This document shows positions 12,755 to 23,689 of a stretch of 64,000 nt of DNA, in pieces (position 1 is the first letter of the stretch; every line of letters starts with the position of its first letter). The translations under genes and the position numbers were made by a program. Under the pieces are notes generated by a model. The model ran no database searches. It saw only the letters and a program-made list of their open reading frames with translations, and was not told the origin of the DNA. Where the stretch lies: positions 99,698,001 through 99,762,000 of the forward strand of contig NC_058373.1 of the NCBI RefSeq assembly GCF_018350175.1. Reading direction: 5' to 3'. This DNA is from Felis catus. Its lineage: Eukaryota.

Positions 12755-13049
12755 CTGCCAAATACATTCCTTAATTCACTTGTTCACTCGCATTTAGGGA
12801 AGACCCACTGTGCGCAACACCTGTTCCAATATCTCTTCCTTTCTCTCCTATGGAGCCAAATTCAAACTCTCTTGCTTGTTTCCTGAGTTTCTGAGAATAG
12901 TTTCTGCCAAATACATTCCTTAATTCACTTGTTCACTCGCATTTAGGGAAGACCCACTGTGCGCAACACCTGTTCCAATATCTCTTCCTTTCTCTCCTAT
13001 GGAGCCAAATTCAAACTCTCTTGCTTGTTTCCTGAGTTTCTGAGAATAG
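12755..13049. repeat. Perfect 146-bp tandem duplication with a 3-nt spacer
   Basis: 12755-12900 is identical to 12904-13049, with TTT between the copies. Confidence 0.97.
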
Positions 13050-13399
13050 GTATGAATGGACTCAATATACAGATTTTCCTTTTTTACTTATTAATTCCTA
13101 AACCCCTCTGACTCAGCATTTCATTCCTGGGTACATTAAAATCAAATAGTTTTTCTAAGGTTACAACCTTCAGTTTCATATGTATTTCTCCCAGGGTTTT
13201 ATATTCATTAAAAACATGAGGAATCCATCTACTCATTCTTTTATGTTCCCCTGTAATCTTATTTCAGACTCTTCTAGTTGAACTCCATTCAGTAGTCTTC
13301 TGAGATGACGTAAATATTTTGTAAAGATATTTCCACTGAATCTAATGTAACGCTTTCCTCACTGGATTAGGATACATGGTCCCTATTGATCCATTTGTG

Positions 13400-14300
13400 A
13401 CCATCTACTATTCAACACTGATGAGATATTTTTTTTGCCATCAAAGAACTTAAAATCTTGTAAGGAAGATAAATCACAGAATTAAATATTTATAATACAA
13501 GACCGACTCTGCCAGAAGAATGAGAAAAAGACTGTGAGACTTCACTGGAAGAGAAAACAGCTTTGGCTTGAGTGACCTGGGAGGGCTTCATGGAAAAGAT
13601 GGCATTTAAGTGGGGTCTTAAGGAAGTCAAAGGATTGCAATAGGTGAAGGGAGAACCTTCTAGGGAGAGGCAATGTTGTGAGTAAAAGCAACAAGACAGG
13701 AAAGCACAGAGAAGTCCAGGAAATGACACGTAGGTATGCTTAGTAGAAGAAAATATATCAGAGACAAGAGGAGACAGATTAAAATGCTGACAGCTAACTC
13801 AGAGCATTTATTACAAGCCAGGCAGCCTGTAAAGTGCTTTTATTCAACATGCCATGGGATGTTCACACAACTCAAAGGGACAGGTACCATTCCCATTTCT
13901 GTTTACCAGATGAGGAAGCCAAGGTAGAGTAGGATACAATGACTTGCCCAACATTGCACAGATAGGAAGTGGCAGAGCCAGGATTTGAACCCAGGAAGTC
14001 TAATTGCAGAGCCACACCATGCCCAATGTGACCAGAGAAAGCAAGGAGACTGTGTGAGAGGTGGGGTGGGGATCCAGGAGAACACTGTGCCATGGATATG
14101 AAGGGAGGAGTTTCAAGAAGGCAAAGGTCATAGCCCCAGACTGAGAAAAAACCTTTGAAGGGATGATTAGTTGGCCTCTGGAGACTTTAGGAGCATATGT
14201 TCAGCAGAGTACTGTCAGAGAAGTCAAAACTCAGGGGATTAAATATGGGGTAGGTGATGGGGCTGTGAGGCAGCCTTCCTAGAATTTTGGTGCTTAAGGT
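13400..14300 (-). mobile_element. L2 remnant with an embedded MIR (~13790-14010)
   Basis: Purine-rich L2-like text (gagggcttcatggaaaagatggcatttaagtggggtcttaagga) and MIR core (cagatgaggaagccaagg…ggcagagccaggatttgaacccagg). Confidence 0.6.
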
Positions 14301-14301
14301 A

Positions 14302-14303
<2 letters not shown>

Positions 14304-14351
<48 letters not shown>
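14304..14351. repeat. (GA)n microsatellite
   Basis: About 24 uninterrupted GA units. Confidence 0.97.
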
Positions 14352-14353
<2 letters not shown>

Positions 14354-15185
14354 AGTAGCCAAAAAAGAGGGATCAATTGGTAGTTTTGCTTTTCAGGCTA
14401 ACTATACTCATGCTTATTTGTGTTAGAGAAAGTTAACCCAAGTGTTAGAGGGGGGATAACTGAAGTGACAAAGCCCATTTTAAGGCGGGGGGGGGGGGCA
14501 GAATAAAGAATCAAGGACACATAGGAAGGCTCAAGTGCTGAGGAAAGCAGGAAAGATAATGTTTACTCTGAGAAGACAGGAAGTGAGGTGGTGAGGTAGA
14601 GGTTAAGCAAGTCCACCCCTGAGGACCTCAGTCACCCTGCTCAAGTAGGGGGCCAGGGCCAGGGTTGAAAGAGGTAGACTGGTCTGGAAGTAGAGACTTA
14701 AGAATTGCAGTAGTGATTTCAAAGAGTCAGCAAAAGGTTAACAAAAATTGTGTTGAGTCTGGCCTGGTATAATTAACCTAGCAGGCTCACACCACCCCTG
14801 CTATGATGCCAGGCCTGGTTAAGGGCTCACCTGTAACAATATCACCTCCGTGTTTTCCTTCCTGAGCCGGCTGCCTCTGCCAATCCAGCCCTCTACATCA
14901 CCCTCACTCCTGCTCTCCTTACTCCAACTCCCTCATCCCTTCCTCTAAAAGCCTCACTCCCTGGATTTATGTTTGGTTTTACTTCTGCAGCCAGCTCTGA
15001 CTGCTAGCTTCCATACTCACTACAATTCCAACTCAATCCTTTGAATTCCCTGCTTTGTAGCTAAGCACCTTGCTCAATCCAGCCAAAGCCCTGGAACCCT
15101 TCCTAGCATATGCTCAAGCGGCATGCTCCCTTAAAGAAAAGCATGTCGAAGGGCTGCAAAGCATCCATGATGGCTGATTCTGATA

Positions 15186-15645
15186 GTCTCTGGGCTAGAT
15201 AGTCTCGGTTTGCCCTCCAAGTCCACTCTCCATGCTTTTCTACCTGCCCCATGCCCCCGAAGGCTGACCTCTATGGATAATATCAAACAAGTTCCCTCGC
15301 CCACTGATGTCCAGTTGGGACAGGCTACTGGGAAGGATTGATAGGAGTTTAAGGGCAGATGGGAAGAGAAGGCAGGGAATTTATCCTCAAGTTCCATCCT
15401 GTGTGCCTGCACTCTGGCCATGGCTGTGTCCCTGCATCAAAGACCACAACTTCTCTCCAGCAGCCTCACCTATAGCGACAGCTACAACGTCAGTTCCGGC
15501 TCTACCCTCATAAATTCCAGTAACCACTCCTTGCCTTTTCAAGACCAAGAAATTTATTTCCGTTAACATCTTTGTAAGTAGTCCATTAACCCTTTTTTAA
15601 TTTTCCCACTTAAATGTGCTCTTTCCTGCCACAACCCTCACTGAC
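15186..15645 (+). mobile_element. ERVL solo LTR (LTR33-like)
   Basis: Motif series gaaggctgacctctatgga…atcaa…ccct…cc…ctg…ccagttggg resembles the LTR33 consensus as I recall it. Confidence 0.55.
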
Positions 15646-17010
15646 CCAGTCCCAACCTTGGATAGATCCAGTCAGCATCATTTCAAGACACATGCAGCAG
15701 GACACGTGGGATAACTTAGGTGATGGAGAATTTCTGCCTGAATGCCCCACCGTATCCTCGAACTTAATGTATCTAAAATCAAATTCATTTTTGCCTCCCC
15801 CTTATATCTAAAATTGTTCCTCTTCCAGACTTTCCCACTTTTTTCCCATTCGTTTACTTAAGTATTCACCATTTATAGGATGCACATGCTGGGCACCGTG
15901 CTAGGCACTAGAGATTCCAAGACCCCCAGAACAATGTTCCCTTCTTTAGAAGCAAACTACTAATGGGAGAGACCCAAAGTTGACCATAAAATGATATGAT
16001 ATATGCCTTTCTTTCTTTCTTTCTTTTTTTTTTTTTTTTGAAACAGTAGGGACTACATGCTAACAAAGCACAGAGGAAGAACCTAGGACAGGCATAGACC
16101 AGAAGATTTCTCCAAGGAAGTAATATATAAGCTGAGCCTTAAGGACTGAGTAAGCTTTCAGCAGTGGAGTGATAAGAGAATAGAGGGGCATTCTAGGCAG
16201 AAACACCATGAGCAGAGAATAGAGGCATGTAAGTGCATAGTATGTTTGGCAAATGAAAACTGCTCCCTATAGCTGGGCCATAGGATAAATAGTGAGCAGG
16301 CAGGCAGGCAGGCTGGGGTGGGGGTAGGGGGAGAAAAGGAATAATTTAATAAGGCTAAAAGGGGGGAGGTGCTTGGGCAGATTATGAAGGGTGTTAATTG
16401 TACTGGTAAGATCCCTAATGTGGTGGACTTTTTACCTGCCCCCAGAACAGATGGGGCTTTCTACCTTTGTCTCCAAGAAAGAGACCAGAACAAAAACAGT
16501 CAAGGAACAATGAAAGGAAGGCCTGGCTTTTGAGTGTCTAACTAGGATTTTGCCTCATGTTGGAGCTCATAGTTCTGAGAAAGAAAGGCCTTCTGAATTT
16601 CTAAAATCTTGGGCACTCAAGGATTTAAGGTGCAACTTGTGCCATCAACTCTTCTTTTCGGTAGCAGAACAGTTGGAGAGTCATGCTGGCTGGTCTTAGA
16701 GCTCTTCCTTCCCATTGCAGATGGCTGAGCTACAGGCCACAGCTGGGAATGGACAAGACAGGAGAACAGAGGCGGCCTAATGTGGAGGAACACATACTTT
16801 CTTGCTTACACTGATGTTAATCATCAGAGGAATACCCAGATGAAATGGAGCAGGGCAATGAGCAAGACGTCTGGATGGGATATAGCTACATACATTAAGA
16901 AAGAATAGAGATTTTTTACCCACAGATTTCTTTCTTGCCTATTTAAGTAAGTCTAATTGGAAATTCATAAATTACTCTAAACTGGTGTAAACTTTAATCA
17001 ACGTGGAAAT

Positions 17011-17179
17011 GGAGCGCCTGAGTAGCTCAGTCAGTTAAGTGCCCAACTTTGGCTCAGGTCTTGATCTTGCAGTTCGTGGGTTTGAGCCCTGAGTCAAGCT
17101 CTGTGCTGACAGCTCAGAGCCTGGAGTCTGCTTCAGATTCTGTGTCTCCCTCTCTCTCTCTCTGCCCTTCCCCCACTCG

Positions 17180-17223
<44 letters not shown>

Positions 17224-17490
17224 ATTAAACATTAAAAACACTTTAAAAAAAACGAAGTCACTTAAAAATAATAATAAATGTGCAAAACTATACATACCAG
17301 AAGCCACCTATAAATATCCCCTGGGGGCACCTGGGTGGCTTAGTTGGTTAAGCATCCCCACTCTTGATTTTGGCTGAGGTCATGATCTCACAGTTGGTGA
17401 GTTCAAGCCCTAGGTGCAGAGCCTGGATTCTCTCTCTCTGTCCCCCCCACCATTCTCAAAAATAAATAAATAAACTTTAAAAACATATAT
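17011..17490 (+). mobile_element. Two Can-SINEs in tandem (~17011-17250 and ~17323-17480)
   Basis: Two SINE heads (ggagcgcctgagtagctcag; ggggcacctgggtggcttag), each with a CT tract and A tail. Confidence 0.88.
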
Positions 17491-18577
17491 ATATATATAT
17501 ATATATTTAAATATCTCCTGAAAATAAACAGTTGCAAATGCAATATAAGTTCAGCACTTTTTTTTTGTTTCGTATCATTTACTCTAATTGATAAGTACAT
17601 GGAAAATACTATAAAATTGCAAACTTTATCCAGTCAAATCGAGTTGTGCTTCCTTGAGCCAAAAATTACTGCGAGAGTTCCTTTTAAATGATATTTTTGT
17701 TGCTTGGGGCCCAGATGTCTATAAATAACGTGACTTAAATAAGCAAAGAACTTTTGCCTGTTTATATCTATTGTGGATCAGGCTTAAAGGACCACATTAG
17801 ATGAGGCAGCCTAGTCTCTAGCTTTAGCCAAAATTCTAATTATTTGCCAGGACTTCTCCTTTCTCCCGTCATCTTGAAACAAATAAGGCTTATAAATTTT
17901 CACTGAACATACCTGTGGGATTTTGGAGAAAATTAGCCCGAGTCACTCTTCAGATAGCATCTGTTCTCTATCCTGGCCCCCTTCTCTTAATACTTGCCAT
18001 TCAGTCCTGCCCTGAATTAATTAGACATCAAAGCAGCTCAGGACAATGTTTTTGTTGTTTTCCTTTACACAATTATTATTAAATGTAGACTTCACGCATC
18101 ATGATTCCACCTTCACAGGTTTTTTTCAATGGGCTGCTGCCACTCTTTTCAGTTAATTTGCCTTACAAGCTTCTTGGAATTTCAAAGCTACAGGTTTCGG
18201 AAAGCCGGAGCCATTAACTGAGGTTGCCATAACAGACCTATTTCCATTCCCATTTTCCCAAAAGCAACCGTAATGGGAAGAGGTGAAAGTGGACAACTAC
18301 TAGTCCATATGGATACTTTTGTGTCAGTTGAACAGAACACCCTTTTCTTTGGGCACATGCAGATCACACTAGGAATCACAGCTTAGGGGCAGAGTTACCA
18401 GCTGGATTTCAACCCCTACTCACTCCCCCAGCCAACACAGCTTCAAAGACTGCAACCCAACATCAAGTCAGCTCTGTCCCTGAATAAGGTCATTTGCCCT
18501 TACTCTAGCTACCCACTAAAAGTTAGGTCAGCCCACTCTGGAGAATGATAACTTCATCAAAACCCCTACAGTATTTT

Positions 18578-18791
18578 AAAGTTTTTTTAAAATGTTCATT
18601 TATTTTTGAGAGAGAGACAGAGCACGAGCAGGGGAGGGGCAGAGAGAGAGAGGGAGACACAGAATATGAAGCGGGCTCCAGGGTCTGAGCTGTCAGCACA
18701 GAGCCCGATGAGGGGTTCGAACTCATGAACCGCGAGATCATGACCTGAGCTAAAGTCGGATGCTTAGCCTACTGAGCCACCCAGGCACCCC
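18578..18791 (-). mobile_element. Can-SINE
   Basis: TSD CCCCTACAGTATTTT at 18563-18577 and 18794-18808. Confidence 0.93.
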
Positions 18792-18809
18792 GGCCCCTAC
18801 AGTATTTTT

Positions 18810-19020
18810 ACACAGTGTCTAATATCAATAAAAAAAAAAATTAGGCAGGACCAAGAGAAAAAGCAGACAACAGAAACATACTTACACATGACTCAGGTGT
18901 TAGAATGATTCATCACAGACTTCAAAGTAACAGTAGTTAAAATGATCAGTAAAATCTATGATAGGATAGAGAATTTTACACAAAGACTGGAGTATGTAAA
19001 AAACACAAACTAATTGTTTG
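18810..19020 (+). mobile_element. Ancient L1 (L1ME-like) ORF1 5' fragment
   Basis: caagagaaaaagcagacaacagaaaca…cagacttcaaagtaac…gagaattttacacaaagactggag resembles the start of old L1 ORF1. Confidence 0.55.
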
Positions 19021-19050
19021 CAAGTTATGAAGGACTCATGAGAAGTGAAG

Positions 19051-19294
19051 AGAAAAAGAAGGTGAAGTGTATGATAGAGCCTGGGAGGAGGCCTTTGGAA
19101 GGCAGCCATGGGAAAGTAAAAGAATCTGAAGCAGTCTTCCTGGGTCTTGCACCTGCATTCCTGACAGCCTGGTGGGGAGACAGCTGAGCCGCCTCAATAA
19201 CAGTGTGCCAATGTATGCTGGAGGGAAGTTATCAGGGGAGTGCCAAGTTTTTTAAATCCTAGGAGCAGGGAAAGAAATTTGAAAAATATACCCA
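19051..19294 (+). repeat. Left arm of a ~245-bp inverted duplication (partner 21659-22161)
   Basis: Reverse complement of the right arm once the SINE is removed. Perfect identity between 19089-19150 and 22063-22124. Confidence 0.93.
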
Positions 19295-21009
19295 CATACA
19301 CCCAGAGAATTGTTAAATAAAGGGTTCTAAACCAAAGCCCTCGGGCCATGATGGGGTCCAGGAAGAAGCTCTGAACAGTCCCAACCATAACACCCAAAAG
19401 GTAATGAACTTTTGAATAAATGGCCAGACACAGGCAAAGAAAGCATCTCTCAGAAGCAATCAACTTCTCCAATTCATCTACTAAATTGTGTTTGAAACTC
19501 CTATTTTTCATTTCAGAAAATCTTTTTTGAGCTATACTTGAATCTCCTTAAATGCTTTCATTATTTTTGTTCAAATTATCACAATCCCCTTCCGTGCCCC
19601 TGGTGTGTGACAGCTTGTGTTGGTTGTTCTTCCTCTCCACTACTGCTTGGCTCTCCAGGTTTGTGATTATTTCTCTTGGAGCTACTCATAGGGCCTCAGT
19701 TTACCTGCATGCCCTAAGTGGTCTGCTGCTGTTTTATAGCAGACAGCTTCCAGGAGGAAACTTTTTTGTTCCTTGATTTTCGCTTGATCCCTTAAAGTTA
19801 ATGAGGTTATACCCTTCTCCATCTCCTAGGGTTCCAAAATGTCTGGGCATGCTGATGTTCATCTTCCTTAGAGCATCAGAGATTCCTTTGAGCCAAGATA
19901 CCCAAAGCATAAATGTTTGTAGTTGCTTGGGACTCTCCCACAGTTGTCTCCAACTGAGGAGGGAACCCAGCTACAGATCACAACTTAGTTTTGAAGGTGA
20001 TGAACCATGATCATCATTATATATTATTTTTCCTTTTTAAGATGAACTCATTTTAAACTACAGACCTATTATTCTGATGGCTCAGTTTTAAATCTACCTA
20101 CCACAAAGTATAAATTTAACTAAGAGGTCTTCGCTGGGGTTTTACTACTACATTTTTTAACGATGACCTTTGTGAAGTTGGTATGCCAGATCTACAAAAA
20201 AAAAAAAAAAAAAACACATCTAACTCAAAATGATTATGGAATTGACTATTGCCTTGTATGTTCTATTAAGGTCGTGGCCTGTATCACTATGTGCTGCATG
20301 GTAAAGCAATTCTTTTACAGCTTTCCTTTGTTGTAACAAGGGTGAAACATTTCTTCTTATACTGACCCATGACATCAGAAGGCCTTGGCACCAATGTGAC
20401 ATGAACAGAAACACATGGAAACAATGTCAGGTCATACTGACTATAGAAGACAGAATAAGTTTATATACATTTAAAAAATTATTTAAATGAAGCATAAAAT
20501 CAAAACTTCTTGTGGAACTTATTAATCTTTAGGAATATGTATGGGAGTCCAAGTCAGAGAAACTTTCAGTAAAGATTGATCCCAAATGGTCTCTACCTAG
20601 CCATGAATCTTAAGAGTCCACACTCAAAAAGCCTTATTAATGTTCATTTAATGTTCACAGATTTGATGTGATTTCTCATTTCATTTCCTTTTTCAATACC
20701 TTGAAAATATTAATTACCTAGTTCCTATTCAAACATTTAAGGACCAGCCTTTCACAAAAGCTCTAGAAGCCAATTTTTTAAAGAGTTGTAAACCCTCCCC
20801 CCGTTCTGGCTTAGTTTCCTCTGATTCGTCCATGTCCTTGCTGCTGACTTCTGTTTCAAAACCTGGTAGACCTCATATGGAAATATAAGGGATGAAAGAG
20901 ATGTCTGATTTATCTGTGGTTTGCAAAACAATATTCTACTTCTAACCTCATTGTAAATGATGCATAAATAGATTCCTAATTTTCTTAGTTTCACTGTACC
21001 TAGTCTGTG

Positions 21010-21656
21010 CTATGTGCTTCCATCCAGTGAGGATCTGCTTAATTTCTTTTTCAAATTAAAAATCTGTAATGACTTTAGCTCATTTACATTTAATATTATT
21101 GAAAACATATTTGGATTTCACTATTTTATTCTTTATTGGTTCTATCTGTTTTATATTTTTTCTTCTTTTGAACCAGCTATATATTTTGTGTTACTGCATT
21201 TTCTTCTTTGCTAATTATATATTCCTTTACTATTAGCGGTTACTCTGGAGATTATGGCATATGTTCTTGCTACTGTAATATATATTAATACTTCTACCAC
21301 TTCCTAGATAATGTGAAAATCTTAAAACATTTGAACTCCACGTACCCCCTCATGCCCTTTGTGCTATTGTTGCCATGAATTTAGTTCCATATATATTTAA
21401 ACTACACAAGGCATTATTATAACTGTTTTGTATAGTGCGTCTTTATTTAGATTTATCCACGTTGACTCTTTCTTTCCTGCAGTTCTGTTTTTCTGTCTGG
21501 GATCAGTTTCCTTATGCCTGAAGAATTCTCTTTATTATCTCTTTTAGTGTGAATTTCCTAGTAATGAATTATCTTAGCTTTTCCTTGCTGAGAAATCTCT
21601 TTGTTTGTCTCTGATTTGAAGAATATTTTCACTGAGTATAGAATTCTAGGTTGGCG
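21010..21656 (-). mobile_element. Ancient L1 (L1ME-like) fragment covering ORF1 end, inter-ORF spacer and ORF2 start
   Basis: Minus strand begins caacctagaattctatactcagtgaaaatattcttcaaa (QPRILYSVKIFFK, the ORF1 C-terminal motif) and later reads ataatattaaatgtaaatgagctaaa (IILNVNEL, the ORF2 start motif). Confidence 0.7.
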
Positions 21657-21658
21657 TT

Positions 21659-22161
21659 TGGGTATTTCTCAAACCCCTTTCTCTGCTCCTGTGATTTAAA
21701 AAACTTGGGGGGCGCCTGGGTGGCTCAGTCGGTTAAGCGTCCGACTTCAGCTCAGGTCACAATCTCACGGACCGTGAGTTTGAGCCCTGCGTCGGGCTCT
21801 GTGCTGATGGCTCAGAGCCTGGAGCCTGCTTCTGATTCTGTGTCTCCCTCTCTCTCTGCCCCTCCCCCGTTGATGCTCTGTCTCTCTCTGTCTCAAAAAT
21901 AAATAAACGTTAAAAAAATTTAAAAAAAATAAAATAAAATAAAAATAAAAAAATAAAATAAAAAACTTAGCACTCCCCTGATAACGTCCTTCCAGCATAC
22001 ATTGGCACACTGCTGTTTACGCGGTTCAACTGTCTCCCCTCGGTGGTGTCAGGAATGCAGACGCAAGACCCAGGAAGACTGCTTCAGATTCTTTTACTTT
22101 CCCATGGCTGCCTTCCAAAGGCCTTTCCCAGCCTCTGATATACACTTCACCTCCCTTTTCT
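21659..22161 (-). repeat. Right arm of the inverted duplication, interrupted by a SINE
   Basis: 21659-21707 plus 21961-22161 is the reverse complement of 19051-19294. Confidence 0.93.
21708..21960 (+). mobile_element. Can-SINE inserted in the right arm of the inverted duplication
   Basis: CpG-rich full SINE flanked by AAAAACTT(G/A)G. Confidence 0.95.
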
Positions 22162-22369
22162 TGTAGCAACTTTCCCATTAATCTTTAATGTCAGTGACTG
22201 GAAACCCACAAACACATTATCCAACTTTTCCACAATCATAGAAAATGTATTAAGTAAATTGGTATGTACTCAAAGTTTGTGTAATTTAAGGTGAGGAAGG
22301 GCTTGCTATGTTTCAGACTGGCTAACTACGTTATTATTAAGTAAGCCCCCTTCTCATGTGATTACTAAT

Positions 22370-22767
22370 TTGATTAGTTAGGGAAAGAAATGCCAGCCAG
22401 TTGCTATAACAAACAAACCTCAGAATTTCAGAAGCCTAACGCAATAATTTACTCTGTACTCAGTAGAGTTCAACTGGATTCTCATGCAGAACTCAGTGAG
22501 CCTGGCTCCTTAAACCCCTGGGCTTCAGAGTCCTCCACTGGATGCCCCCCATTCAGTCAGCAGGTGAAAGAAGAGGTGAGCAGAGGATCATGAGTGGCCA
22601 GTTTTCATAGGTTGAGCCTGCAAGTGGTGCACATCATTTCCACCTACATTCCATGGGCCAGAACTCAGTCAACAGCCACATCTGAATGTAAGAGAGTCTG
22701 GGAGATGTCATCTAGCTCAGTGCCCAGGAAAAAGAGGAAACTGAGTTAGTGAGCAGTCTCTACCACA
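22370..22767 (-). mobile_element. MaLR LTR (MLT1-like)
   Basis: …cacctacattccatgggccagaactcagtcaacagccaca…gagtctgggagatgtcatctagc…gcagtctctaccaca is typical of reverse-strand MLT1. Confidence 0.6.
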
Positions 22768-23622
22768 GTAATTCAATTTAACATCACTAACTTTTTTCAT
22801 ACCATGCATAAGAAATTAATAACTCTTTAATGTATGTTCAATCTGAGCTCAAAGTAACTTGTATGTGATAAAAATTAATGCTTACTAAAGTGTAACTTAT
22901 CCCTATTGGTATTTTTTTTTCCTTTCTATCTTCTACAAAGATAATAAAACCAACAGATTTTAAATAATCTATTGTATAGAATTTTCACTTCTTTGGACCA
23001 TTGTTCCAAAATTTTACTACACTTAACATTAGAAACAGAACACTCCTTGAACTGACCTAGGTGTTTTCTTTCCATTCCTGCCTTCGGGTCACAGACTATG
23101 AATGCTGAGAAAGTAGAGAAGTATGCTAAGGGACCCACTACAGGTTCATGCTAACTTCAGCTGTGCTCTCACTGCTATCTGTCAGCCACCACCACTGTCA
23201 CCACCACCACTGTCACCACCACCACCATGTATTAATGATGCCTTAGGGCCTTCCCCACACCGGCTGCTCCATTTCTCTCCTTTTTATACCCCTGACACTC
23301 CTTACTTTCAAGACAAACTCATCACTTCACACCTCTTGTTTAAATAATTTATTGCTCAATGATCATCTCTCCTCTTTCCATGTAGGGAAGGACTGCATTT
23401 TTCACATTTACAGCTCTGTCTAAACGTGGTATTTGGTGAATGAACAAATGAGGCTACTTAGGGTCAGCTCCATCATTTACCCCACTTTTCACCTCAAAGT
23501 ACCTGTCTTTATACGTACTACCTTCACTTTCTCAACTCCCATCATGGGAGAAGATCATTATTTTCTTTCTATGGCTCGTCTCTCCCTTCCTGCTATGTCC
23601 CATCCCAGTATCCTCAAGGATA

Positions 23623-23689
23623 CTCTCAATCATCTCTCAACCATCTCTCAATCATCTCTCAATCATCTCTTCTTCTCTCAATCATCTCT
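23623..23689. repeat. 11-bp tandem repeat (CTCTCAATCAT)n
   Basis: About 5 copies, one interrupted. Confidence 0.85.

Noticed and set aside
12755..13049. CRISPR-like or other regularly interspaced array
   Set aside because: Only two long copies with no spacers. The context is eukaryotic, and none of the short repeats in the window alternates with unique spacers.
19194..19511. 105-aa hydrophobic minus-strand ORF, or a processed pseudogene
   Set aside because: No recognisable homology, no TSD-flanked poly(A) structure, and the frame is stopped in the paralogous arm.
19051..22161. Novel DNA transposon with ~245-bp terminal inverted repeats
   Set aside because: I found no transposase-like ORF between the arms and no TSD, and the interior contains an old L1 fragment. 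An inversion with duplication fits better, but this is not formally excluded.
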